From NCBI GenBank assembly GCA_963823555.1, contig CAWGMA010000001.1:224001-288000 (forward strand): a stretch of 64,000 nucleotides of DNA, given 5' to 3'. Position 1 is the first letter of the stretch. Each line of letters begins with the position of its first letter. The notes beneath the pieces were generated by a model. The model was not told the origin of the DNA. It was given only the letters and a program-made list of their open reading frames with translations, and ran no database searches. The stretch comes from Candidatus Eiseniibacteriota bacterium. GTDB lineage: Bacteria; Eisenbacteria; RBG-16-71-46; CAVPCR01. Of the stretch, positions 48,015 to 57,480 are shown piece by piece. The translations under genes were made by a program, and so were the position numbers.

Positions 48015-50219
48015 ATGCGCGCCCATCTCACTCTCCTCGGGCTCGCCGCGGCGGTCCTCGTCGCGTGGCTCATCGGCTCCTGCGCGGAGTCTCCGACGGA
48101 CGTTCCCATTCCCAATCGCCCGCCGTCCGTAGCGATCTCGGCGGGGCCGATCCGGGATTCGGTCAGCGTCTTCGTCGTGACCTTCAACTGGAACGCCTCG
48201 GATACCGACGGCCAGGTCGATCGCTTCATCTATGCCATCGACGACACCCTGAGCCCGGATGCCTGGCTGACAACGACCTCCTACGAACTCACGTTGCTCT
48301 TCACCGCAACGGACTCGGCGGGCGTGGATTCGATCTTCGTCGGGCTCTCCGACGTCCCCTTCCTGCGCTACCGGTACCGTGGTGCCCATACCTTCTTCCT
48401 GAAGGCCATCGACGATGATGGGGCCTACTCGGCGCCGGCGGCCCTGTCCTTCACCGCGGAGACCATCGCGCCCGAAACCCAGATCGATATCCCCTCGACC
48501 TCGGTCATCGTCGAGCTGGGACCGACCTTCACCGTGTCCTGGACTGGAACGGATCTGGATGGAACGGAAAATCCAGTCGCCTATTCATACCGTCTCGTCG
48601 CCGTCGACAATGTGGTCTTCCTGACACCGGAGGAGATCGAGTCGACCCTCTACGACCCCGATGCTCTGGGGGATCCCTGGAGCCCCTTCGAAGCCAGGAC
48701 CTCGGTGCGGCTCGAGAACCTTGCCATACCTCAGGATTACATCTTCGGCGTGCGGGCTCTCGATCAAGCGGGGGCGGTGGAGCCGCGGTTGCGAACGCCG
48801 CAGTCACCCGGAGCCACCAACACGCTGCGCATTCGCGCCCGCGAGTCGGGTGGTATTCCCGACCTTTCGGTCTCCAGCTCGGTCAAGACCACGACTTATC
48901 CCACTGCCGACGAGCGCAAGAAGACATTCCAGATCCCGGCCAACTCGAACGTCACGTTCACCTGGACCGCGGATGCCTCGCGCTACGGCGGCCGGATCAC
49001 CGGCTACTCCTACGGGATCGATCTCCTCGATCCGTTCGGGGACGACCCCGGATGGTCGCCGGAGAGTGCGACGCAGACGCGGCTCACGCTGCGCTTCGAT
49101 CTTCCCGAGGGATCGCGCACCGAGGAGCACATTCTCTACATTCGCGCCCGCGATGACGTCGGGACGACGATCATTGCCGACGTCTTCCTGATCGTGGTGC
49201 CGCTCACCAAGGAGCGCGACGTCCTCTACATCGACGACTTCGGGCCGGACCTCCGCGGGCGGGCGCCTGAGGACTGCGTGCCGCTGCCGCCGCCGGAGGA
49301 GATCAGCTCGAACGCCGACTTCCCGCACGACCAGTGTCATGACCAGTACCTCCGTGACGCGATCGAGCGTGCCGTCATTGCTCTCGGCCATCCCGAGTGG
49401 GTCGTCGATCGCTACGAGCCGCTCGATCCGCGCAGCGGGATCGTGACCAACCGGTCGGTCGTGGACATCGACTCCACGAGCTTCAGCTACTGGGTGCTCT
49501 CGGGGCCGGTCACGCTCGACCAGATGGCTCGCTACAAGCTCGTCGTCTGGAATACGAAGTCGGAGAGCACAACCCAGCTCTACAAGATGAACCTCGAGGG
49601 AGAGGACAACTTCCTGGCTGTTTACATCGAATCGGGCGGCCCGACGTTACTGATGGGAACCGGAGCGTTCTCCCGTACCCGTTATGGCGGGGGTGGGGTC
49701 GGACTCTCGCAGTTCGGCTTCGAGGGGCGGGACTTCCCCTACAAGTTCCTGAAGATGGAGTCGGTGTACGAGGGAGCGGATTGCCGCAACGGCTGCTTCC
49801 GCGTCTCCGGACGCACCACCGCGCTCAAGCGTGTCCATGGTCTCGACGGGGCCTACGCCCACTTCCGGGCTGCACAAGAGGGATATCCGGATCTCGAGGT
49901 CTTCCGCGAGCCGTACACCAACCCGATCGCGGGGATCCCGGATTGCGAGGCCATGGTCGAACCCTATGGTCTCGACATCAATCCGCGGCTTCGCCTCTTC
50001 GGCGGACAGTTGGACACGCTCTACTTCTACCTGTCGAATGCGGCGCTGCAGCTGCCGCCGCCCAATGCCTCGTACATGGATGACGGCGCGGCTGCCTTGC
50101 GCTACGCGGGCCCGGGTCAAGGCCGGCTCATGATGTTTGGATTCCCGGTCTACTTCTTCCCGCCGGACGAGGTGGATGGCCTCATGGAGGCGTCGATCCG
50201 GTGGCTCCTCGAAGAATAG
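48015..50219 (+). CDS. Lipoprotein: Ig-like repeats + C-terminal alpha/beta domain
   Basis: Lipobox LIGSC; FFLKAIDDDG, VRALDQAG and IRARDDVG repeats; VLYIDDFG..YKLVVWN..YIESGG. Confidence 0.8.
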   Translation: MRAHLTLLGLAAAVLVAWLIGSCAESPTDVPIPNRPPSVAISAGPIRDSVSVFVVTFNWNASDTDGQVDRFIYAIDDTLSPDAWLTTTSYELTLLFTATDSAGVDSIFVGLSDVPFLRYRYRGAHTFFLKAIDDDGAYSAPAALSFTAETIAPETQIDIPSTSVIVELGPTFTVSWTGTDLDGTENPVAYSYRLVAVDNVVFLTPEEIESTLYDPDALGDPWSPFEARTSVRLENLAIPQDYIFGVRALDQAGAVEPRLRTPQSPGATNTLRIRARESGGIPDLSVSSSVKTTTYPTADERKKTFQIPANSNVTFTWTADASRYGGRITGYSYGIDLLDPFGDDPGWSPESATQTRLTLRFDLPEGSRTEEHILYIRARDDVGTTIIADVFLIVVPLTKERDVLYIDDFGPDLRGRAPEDCVPLPPPEEISSNADFPHDQCHDQYLRDAIERAVIALGHPEWVVDRYEPLDPRSGIVTNRSVVDIDSTSFSYWVLSGPVTLDQMARYKLVVWNTKSESTTQLYKMNLEGEDNFLAVYIESGGPTLLMGTGAFSRTRYGGGGVGLSQFGFEGRDFPYKFLKMESVYEGADCRNGCFRVSGRTTALKRVHGLDGAYAHFRAAQEGYPDLEVFREPYTNPIAGIPDCEAMVEPYGLDINPRLRLFGGQLDTLYFYLSNAALQLPPPNASYMDDGAAALRYAGPGQGRLMMFGFPVYFFPPDEVDGLMEASIRWLLEE

Positions 50220-50237
50220 GTGAGGTGAAGGGGGACG

Positions 50238-51344
50238 ATGAACGTGAAGACAGGCTGGAGGTGCAGGGAGCGGGCCGGCGGTGCGTGGTTGCTGCTGGTC
50301 GTGCTCGCAGTCCTAGCCGCGGGCCAGGCGGTGGTCGAACGGGCCGAAGCCCAGAGCCTACCGGACAGCCTTGGTCTTGAAGCCAGGCGACAGGACCGCC
50401 GGATCGACATCCAGTGGAGCCAGGTCGCCGAGCTCTCCGACTCGCTCTTCGGCGGCTACAACGTGTGGCGATCGATCTCGCCCGATCCGAATGCGTTCAT
50501 GCTGGTTCGCCGCTTCCAGCGCCGGTACCCGGTGACTTGGACCTACGGAGCGGTCTCGAACTCGCCGTGCACCCCGTTCACGAGCTCCGACGGGTCATGC
50601 CGGAAGTTCGTGGATCCCGACTCCATCGTGGCCCTCGAGAAGATCCAGATTACCGCGCAGGGCGACTCGGCGATCGCCCGCAGCTATGTGGGCGTCAGCC
50701 CCTTCAACGGCTTCCCCTACCATTACGCGGTGACATGGTTCTCCGAGTGCCTGACCGCGCGCAACGATACGCTGTGGGTTGAGCAACCCCAGCCCGAGAT
50801 CTTCACCTTCATGCGCGGCGGGGAGGAACACTTCGGATTCACCACCGAAGGTGGCGACACCCTCGAGGTGCAGCGGATACCATGCCGGCGGATCAACCCC
50901 GTCACGAACATACCCACCGGCGACACAACCTTCGTCTATCAGGGAACGGTCGAGTCCGAGATTGCGCTGCGCAACTTCGCTGTTGAATCAACGCAGCTGG
51001 AGTCCCCCATCTATCCGTCCACTCTCGCGCGGAACGATCTTTCCGCGGTGACCGTGATCCCCAATCCCTATATCGCGAGCGCGCCGTGGGACGAGCCGGG
51101 CCAGCGCAAGATCCAGTTCGTCAATCTCACTCGAGAGGCGAGGGTGCGCATCTTCACCGTCGGTGCGGACCTTGTGCGCGAACTCGACCATCCGGTGTCC
51201 GGATCCGCGCCGGATCAGGGATCGATCGACTGGGATCTGAAGAACGCGGATGGGCGACTGGTTGAACCCGGGATCTACATCTGGCAGGTCGAGCAACCCG
51301 GCGCCGTCGCCGATGTCGTCGGACGCCTCGTCATCGTGCGCTGA
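50238..51344 (+). CDS. Secreted protein with T9SS/FlgD-like C-terminal domain
   Basis: Signal peptide AEA-Q; FGGYNVWRS; NGFPYHYAVT; VIPNPY..IQFVNL..IFTVGADLVREL..WDLKNADG..GIYIW..GRLVIVR. Confidence 0.8.
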   Translation: MNVKTGWRCRERAGGAWLLLVVLAVLAAGQAVVERAEAQSLPDSLGLEARRQDRRIDIQWSQVAELSDSLFGGYNVWRSISPDPNAFMLVRRFQRRYPVTWTYGAVSNSPCTPFTSSDGSCRKFVDPDSIVALEKIQITAQGDSAIARSYVGVSPFNGFPYHYAVTWFSECLTARNDTLWVEQPQPEIFTFMRGGEEHFGFTTEGGDTLEVQRIPCRRINPVTNIPTGDTTFVYQGTVESEIALRNFAVESTQLESPIYPSTLARNDLSAVTVIPNPYIASAPWDEPGQRKIQFVNLTREARVRIFTVGADLVRELDHPVSGSAPDQGSIDWDLKNADGRLVEPGIYIWQVEQPGAVADVVGRLVIVR

Positions 51345-51386
51345 GCGCAAGCCCCGCCTTCCACCGGAGGGCGCCGGGGTCGGCTC

Positions 51387-53595
51387 ATGCGCACGCTCAG
51401 GGACCGCTCTCACGGCCGCGGCCGGTGCTGTTGCGCTTGCGATCGTGCTCGGTACCTGCTCCAAGGCGCCCACCGACGTTCCGGTTCCCAACCGGCCTCC
51501 GGTCGTTGCCATCTCGGCCGGTCCGATCCGCGATTCGGTCGAGGTCTTCATCACGACATTCAACTGGAACGCTCATGACCCCGACGGCGTGGTGACGCAC
51601 TTCCTGTTCGCCGTCGACGACACACTGAGTTCCGAATCCTGGCTCCAGACCGCGGCCTACGAGATCACGCTCTTGTTCTCCGCTGTCGACTCCGCAGGAG
51701 TCGACTCGATCGTGGTTGGGCCTTCCGGAGTGGCGCTGGAGCGCTATCGGTTCCGCGGCGCGCACACGTTCTTCTTGAAAGCCGTCGACGACGATGGGGC
51801 CGAATCGGCTCCCGCGGCGCTGTCGTTCACGGCGGAGACCATCGCTCCGGAGACCGAGATCATCACCCCCAGTGCGTCGGTGCTCGTGACCCTCGGGCCG
51901 ACCTTCACGGTCAGCTGGGAGGGGGTCGATCGGGATGGGACCGAGAACCCTGTCGGGTACTCGCATCGACTGGTCCCGGTGGCCGATGTGCTGGCCCTCT
52001 CGCCGGAACGAATGGAGGAGATCCTTTTCGACCCGGCTGCTCCCGGTGACGGCTGGTCACCGTTCGAGCCCCGGACGAGCGTGCTCCTGCGCGACCTGGC
52101 GATTCCGGTCGATTACCTGTTCGGCGTGCGGGCGCTGGATCAGGCGGGGGCCATCGAACCCCGCATGCGCTCGGCGGCGGCGCCGGGCCCAACCAACATC
52201 CTGCGCATCCGCGCCCGCGTCGAGGGCGGCCGGCCGACGCTCACGGTCTCGAGCGCGGTCAAGTCGACCGATTTCCCGACGGCGGACGAGCGCAAGAAGA
52301 CCTTCCAGATTCCGGCCAGCACCAACGTGACCTTCACCTGGGTCGCCGATGCCGGCCAGTACGGCGGCCGCATCGTAGGCTACTCCTACGGCCTCGACCT
52401 GACCGATCTCGAGTTCGCCAATCCCGGGTGGTCCCCGGAGAGCGCGACCTTGCGGCGTATCGTCCTGCGTTTCGACCTGCGGCCAGGAGCGCGAGCCGAG
52501 GAGCACATCCTCTATGTAAGAGCCCGCGATGATGTCGGAAGTGAGATGATCGCGGACATCTACCTGATCGTGGTGCCCCTCTCGCTCGAGCGTGATGTGC
52601 TCTACGTGGACGATTTCGGAGGTGACCGGACCGGCAAGGTCGATGCCGACTGCGACCCCACGCCGCCGGCGGGGAACTGGAACCAGAGCAGCGATTGGCC
52701 CGAGGACCAGTGTCACGATCAGTTCGTGATGGGAACCGTCCGCCAGGCGCTGGCCGGACTGGGCCGTGCCGACTGGATCGTGGACCGCTACGAACCCCTC
52801 GATCCGCGCACCGGAAACGCCACCTTGCGTGACGCGGAGATCGACTCCACGTCCTTCGACTACTGGGAATACAAGGGGCTGGTCACGCTCTCCAATCTGG
52901 CGCGTTACAAGCTCGTGGTGTGGAATCTCCGCGCGGAAGAGACGAGCCAGCTGCGTCAAATGAACCGCGAGGGGGAAGACAATTATCTGGCTGCCTACAT
53001 CGAGGCGGGCGGCAATGTCTGGATCAGCGGCACGGGGACCTTCTCCCGGACCCGGCGGGATGAAGGTTCGGTCGGGTTGGGGGTCTTCGGTTTCGGGCCG
53101 TACGATTTTCTGTATCGCTTCCTCAAGCTCGAGTCGGTCTATGAGGGCGCCGATTGTGTGAACGGTTGTTTCCGCAATGGAGGGGTCACGGTGACGTTCC
53201 AGCGTCTCAATGGATTCGAGGGCGCGCTGGCCTCACCGGGGGTTCGAGCCGAAGGATTCCCCGATCTGCGCGTCGCGCGTGCCCCGTTCACCAGCCCGAT
53301 CAAGGGCGTCCCCAGCTGTGAGGGCATGGTCGTGCCTTACGGGCTCGATTCGAACCCCCGTCTCCGCCTCGCTGGAGGCCGCCTCGACACGCTCTACTTC
53401 TACCAGTCGAACGCCAAGCTGCAGCTCTTCCCGCCGGGCAACTCCTACCTCGACGGGGCGGCCTGTGCCCTGCGCTACGACGATCCCGCCCAGGGCCGCG
53501 TCATGGTGGCCGGCTTTCCGCTCTATTTCCTCGCTGGCGATCAGGCACGGGCGCTCGCGCTGCCCGCCATCCGGTGGCTTCTCGAGGGGGACTGA
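51387..53595 (+). CDS. Lipoprotein paralogous to 48015..50219 (frameshift in signal peptide at ~51400-51402)
   Basis: Collinear, high similarity to 48015..50219. ATG 51387 joins the long frame if one G is removed, giving MRTLRTALTAAAGAVALAIVLGTC (lipobox). Confidence 0.8.
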
Positions 53596-54290
53596 TGCCA
53601 CCGGTCCGGCTGTCGATCATCGTGCCGGTATTCAATGAAGCGACAACGATCGAGGCCGTACTCGATCGGATTCGAGCAGCGACGCTTTCCGGTGTCGAGC
53701 GTGAGATCGTGGTAGTCGACGATGGCTCCACCGACGGCACACGAGATATCCTGGCCGGGATGGCGGGCAGGGAGTGTCACATCGTCTACCATGACAGGAA
53801 CCGCGGCAAGGGAGCGGCGGTGCGCACGGGACTGGCGCATGCATCGGGGGACTACGTGCTGATCCAGGATGCGGATTTCGAATACAATCCGGCGGACTAC
53901 GCCCGCCTGCTGGCTCCGGTTGCCGCCGGCGCGGACTGCGTCTACGGTTCTCGCCTGGCCACCGGCGGCGACCTCAAGATGGCGCCGCTCACCGTTCTCG
54001 CGAATCGCTTCCTATCCTGGATGACGCGCCGGCTCTATGGCGTGCGGCTCACCGACATGGAGACCTGCTACAAGCTCGTACGGCGGGATCTTCTGGCGAG
54101 CATCCAGCTCAAGGCGGACCGTTTCGATATCGAGCCGGAGATCACCGCCAAGCTCGCGAGGCGAGGCGTGGCCATTCACGAGGTTCCGATCCGCTACGAA
54201 GGGCGATCGCGGGCCGAGGGCAAAAAGATCGGCTGGCGCGACGGGGCCGAAGCCATGTGGACCCTGATCAAGTATCGGTTCGTCGATTGA
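53595..54290 (+). CDS. GT2 polyprenol-phosphate glycosyltransferase (DPM/Ppm-like)
   Basis: IVPVFNE, VDDGSTDGT, NRGKG, QDADFEY, DMETCYK and GKKIGWRDG. TGATG coupling to the upstream gene. Confidence 0.9.
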   Translation: MPPVRLSIIVPVFNEATTIEAVLDRIRAATLSGVEREIVVVDDGSTDGTRDILAGMAGRECHIVYHDRNRGKGAAVRTGLAHASGDYVLIQDADFEYNPADYARLLAPVAAGADCVYGSRLATGGDLKMAPLTVLANRFLSWMTRRLYGVRLTDMETCYKLVRRDLLASIQLKADRFDIEPEITAKLARRGVAIHEVPIRYEGRSRAEGKKIGWRDGAEAMWTLIKYRFVD

Positions 54291-55969
54291 TGCCATCCCG
54301 CCGCGACTTCGCCGTCCTCGGCCTGGTCGTCCTCGCGCTACTGGCCGTCTACGTGGCGGAGGGGCTGGTTGCCCGCGGTATCTACAACGACGACGACATC
54401 GGCCACTACCTGATGGCCCGCGATGCGCTGGCGCGGCCGGAGCTCCTCCTCAACGTGTGGGGACGACCGCTGTTCACGCTTCTCTACGCGCTCCCCGCGC
54501 AGTCCGGATTCCCTGCGGTGCGGTTGATGACAGCGGTCGTGACCGCTCTCGCAGTGGCGGCGACCGGGCTCGCGGCCGCCCGGCTGGGCCTGTCGGCGCC
54601 GCTCACCGGAGCGCTGTTCGGAACGATGCCCTTCGTGCTCCTGCTGTCCTATTCGAGCCTCACCGAACCCCTCTGCGCCCTGGTCGTGGCGCTGGCCTTG
54701 TGGGCCTGGACCAGCCGCCGCCCGGGGCTTGCGCTCTTCCTGGTCGGACTCGTCCCGCTCGCCCGGCTGGAGCTGGGAGTGATCGCGGGGCTGTGCGGGC
54801 TCGTCTGGATGGCGAAGAACTCCGGCTCAAGGCGGCTGCTCGGTCTCCTTCCATTGTGGGGGGCCGCCGTCTGGGCCGCCCTGGGCGCCCTCGTCCACCA
54901 ATCGCCGTTGTGGCTCCTCGAGCAGGTATTCACCGGAGAGGCGAATCTCTACGGACAGACCGGCTTCTGGCATTACCCGCGCGGTCTCATCTTCATCATC
55001 GGTCCCGTCGCCTTCCTGTTCCTCCTTGTCGACTGGGTGACGAGCGCGGCGAAACGGCGCCTCGATTGGCTCTCCGTCCTGCCGGCCGCAGTGCTTCTCC
55101 TCTATGTCGTCTTCTCCTGGAAGCTCTCGCTGGGTCACGCCGCCGGGTTCCTGCGGCATCTGGTGGCGCCGGCGCCCCTGTTCGCCCTCGCCGCCGGGCG
55201 CGGTGTGAAGACCGCCCTGGGAGGGAGCGATGCCGCCAGGAGAGCTTTCCCGATCGTCCTCGCCGGTGGCTTCCTGATCGCGGCATTCCTGTCGCGGGCG
55301 CTCGTCATGCATCATCGGGCCGAAGGCCCGTTCGAGCTGGCCCGGATCACGGCCGCGGCGCTGGTGCTTGTTGTCCTCGCCTGGGTAGGGTGGGGGAAAC
55401 GCGCGTCGACGGTGCCCGATGGCCGCCGGGGCTACCACTCCAAGCGATCGAAAGCGCGAGATCAAGTCCGCGGCCGCCCGGGCATCGCTCTGGCTGGTGC
55501 GGTCCTCGTGGCAATCGCCTTCCTCTATGCCGTGACCGCCGAGCCGCCGCTGGCCCCGAGCCCCGAGCAGGAAGCGGTGATGGCGCTGGGGACTTGGTTC
55601 CTCGAGTCCGAATGGGCGGATGCTCCGGTCATCGCCAGCCACCCCTGGTTCCTGCGCGAGCTGGCGCGGGCCGGCCGGCTCCCCAGAGGCGGGGTGCCCC
55701 TCGTCAAGAAGGACGCTATCGAGGAGGCTGCTCCCCGAACGGTCGTGATCTGGGATTCCCACTATTCGATTCGTCCGCCACAGGGCATGCAGCTCAAGGA
55801 CTTCAAGCTCGACCCTAGATTCCGCATGGTCCGGGAGTCGATCGCGTCCGACCGGCGGTTCACGGCCTATGCGCTCCTGAAGGAGCAGGCCGGTGATCCG
55901 CGCCGCGCCCCGGGTTATGATTCCGAGAATGAACCGGTATCCAGAGGGGACCGTGAACCGACCCGCTGA
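54290..55969 (+). CDS. Multi-TM GT-C-like glycosyltransferase
   Basis: Acidic NDDD after the first TM, WGRPLFT, LTEPL and ARLE; coupled to the GT2 gene. Confidence 0.65.
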   Translation: MPSRRDFAVLGLVVLALLAVYVAEGLVARGIYNDDDIGHYLMARDALARPELLLNVWGRPLFTLLYALPAQSGFPAVRLMTAVVTALAVAATGLAAARLGLSAPLTGALFGTMPFVLLLSYSSLTEPLCALVVALALWAWTSRRPGLALFLVGLVPLARLELGVIAGLCGLVWMAKNSGSRRLLGLLPLWGAAVWAALGALVHQSPLWLLEQVFTGEANLYGQTGFWHYPRGLIFIIGPVAFLFLLVDWVTSAAKRRLDWLSVLPAAVLLLYVVFSWKLSLGHAAGFLRHLVAPAPLFALAAGRGVKTALGGSDAARRAFPIVLAGGFLIAAFLSRALVMHHRAEGPFELARITAAALVLVVLAWVGWGKRASTVPDGRRGYHSKRSKARDQVRGRPGIALAGAVLVAIAFLYAVTAEPPLAPSPEQEAVMALGTWFLESEWADAPVIASHPWFLRELARAGRLPRGGVPLVKKDAIEEAAPRTVVIWDSHYSIRPPQGMQLKDFKLDPRFRMVRESIASDRRFTAYALLKEQAGDPRRAPGYDSENEPVSRGDREPTR

Positions 55970-57335
55970 ACGCGGATTCGCCGCGAGGATGAGAGGCGCG
56001 TGGCTCGGCCGTGCGCTGGCCTCCGATTGGGGGCTCTTCCTGTTCGCGGTGGCGGTGCGCCTCATCATGACGGCGTTCTACTCGCACCGTCATGTGACCA
56101 CCACGGGCCTCGAGCTGGGAACACTGGCCGACAACCTCATCGCAGGGCGAGGATTCGTCTGGGAGTTCTACGGGTCCACCGTTCCTCGCTCCTCGTTCTT
56201 CCCGCCGCTCTACCCGGCATTCATCGCCGTCCTCAAGATCCTCTTCGGGGCGGGCTGGGTGCCTGCGATGCAGGTCTCGCAGTCCCTGGTCTCCGCCGGA
56301 GCCGCGGTCGCCACTCGCCGTCTGGCCGTCCGGGTCTTCACCCCGGCGGCAAGCCGGGCCCGGGGCGTGGTCCCGGCCGCGCTGGCCACCGTCGGGGCAG
56401 GCACTCTGGCGCTGGCGTCGGGCTATGCGGTTGCCCTCTGGCCGCCGCTCGTCATCTACTCGGCTTCCGCCTACTCGGTCACCTTCGAGGCGCTGGCCGT
56501 GCCCTGGATCGCCCTCCTCCTCCACGATGCAGGGCGGAGTGGGCGGGTCGCCGACGCCGCACGAGCGGGAGTCGGCTACGGTCTCCTGGCCTACGCGCTG
56601 CCGGCCTTTCTCGGGAGCGTCGTGCTCGTGCCTGCCGGCTTCCGCGCCATGGGCCAGCGCTGGCCGCGTGCCATCCTCCTGGCGCTCGTCGCCCTCGCCG
56701 TGGCCCTCCTCGTGCTCGTCCCATGGACGGTGAGGAACGCCGTCATCCACCACCGTTTCATTCCGGTGGCCACCAACATCGGGTTCAACTACCTGGGCGG
56801 GCAGAACCCATACGCGAAGCCCTATTCGAACATCCTCTGTGCCTACGATGACCTGCGATGGAAGGTGATCGATCGGAACGCGCTCGAGACCCTGAACGAA
56901 GCTGATTTCGACCGCCTCCTGTTGCGCCAGGGACTCGCCTATGCCCTCGCGGAGCCAGGTCTCACGCTCCGCCGCATGGCTGAGCGCCTGGTCTATTACT
57001 GGTGGGGGAGCCCGGCGGTTCTCAGCTACAACCCGGAACAGGGACGTGGCAACCTGATCATGATGAGCCTCGTGCTGCCGCTCTTTCTGATCGGTCTCTT
57101 GAGGTCCTTCCGCGCTCCTGATCGCTTTGCGCTTCTCTATGTCATCTTCCTCTGGCAGTCGCTCTTCTACATGAACTTCGCCATTCGCGGGCGCTACGCC
57201 ATGCCGACTCATCCCCTCATGCTGGTGGTCGCCGTGCTCGGGGCTGCGGTGATCTGGGGCCTTGGCCGCCGGCGCACCGGGGAAAAGTCCGGCCTGCCAC
57301 ATGGAGGAGGCCAGGCGCACGGCGGCGGCCAGTAG
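55953..57335 (+). CDS. Multi-TM GT39/ArnT/PMT-like glycosyltransferase
   Basis: LADNLIAGRGF, PPLYP, PWTVRN, GFNYLGGQNP and RYAMP. Confidence 0.75.
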   Translation: MNRPAERGFAARMRGAWLGRALASDWGLFLFAVAVRLIMTAFYSHRHVTTTGLELGTLADNLIAGRGFVWEFYGSTVPRSSFFPPLYPAFIAVLKILFGAGWVPAMQVSQSLVSAGAAVATRRLAVRVFTPAASRARGVVPAALATVGAGTLALASGYAVALWPPLVIYSASAYSVTFEALAVPWIALLLHDAGRSGRVADAARAGVGYGLLAYALPAFLGSVVLVPAGFRAMGQRWPRAILLALVALAVALLVLVPWTVRNAVIHHRFIPVATNIGFNYLGGQNPYAKPYSNILCAYDDLRWKVIDRNALETLNEADFDRLLLRQGLAYALAEPGLTLRRMAERLVYYWWGSPAVLSYNPEQGRGNLIMMSLVLPLFLIGLLRSFRAPDRFALLYVIFLWQSLFYMNFAIRGRYAMPTHPLMLVVAVLGAAVIWGLGRRRTGEKSGLPHGGGQAHGGGQ

Positions 57336-57480
57336 ACCGAGGGCGTGCGCCTCGGGTCCCGCCACAGGCACCCTGCTCGAACCGGGAAAGCCCTTGCGAT
57401 CGGCGCCTTTCTTTGCTAATGACTTATAGTTACCCGTTTCCCGGAATCCCACCGGACAGTCCCACCGGAGAACCCAGAGC

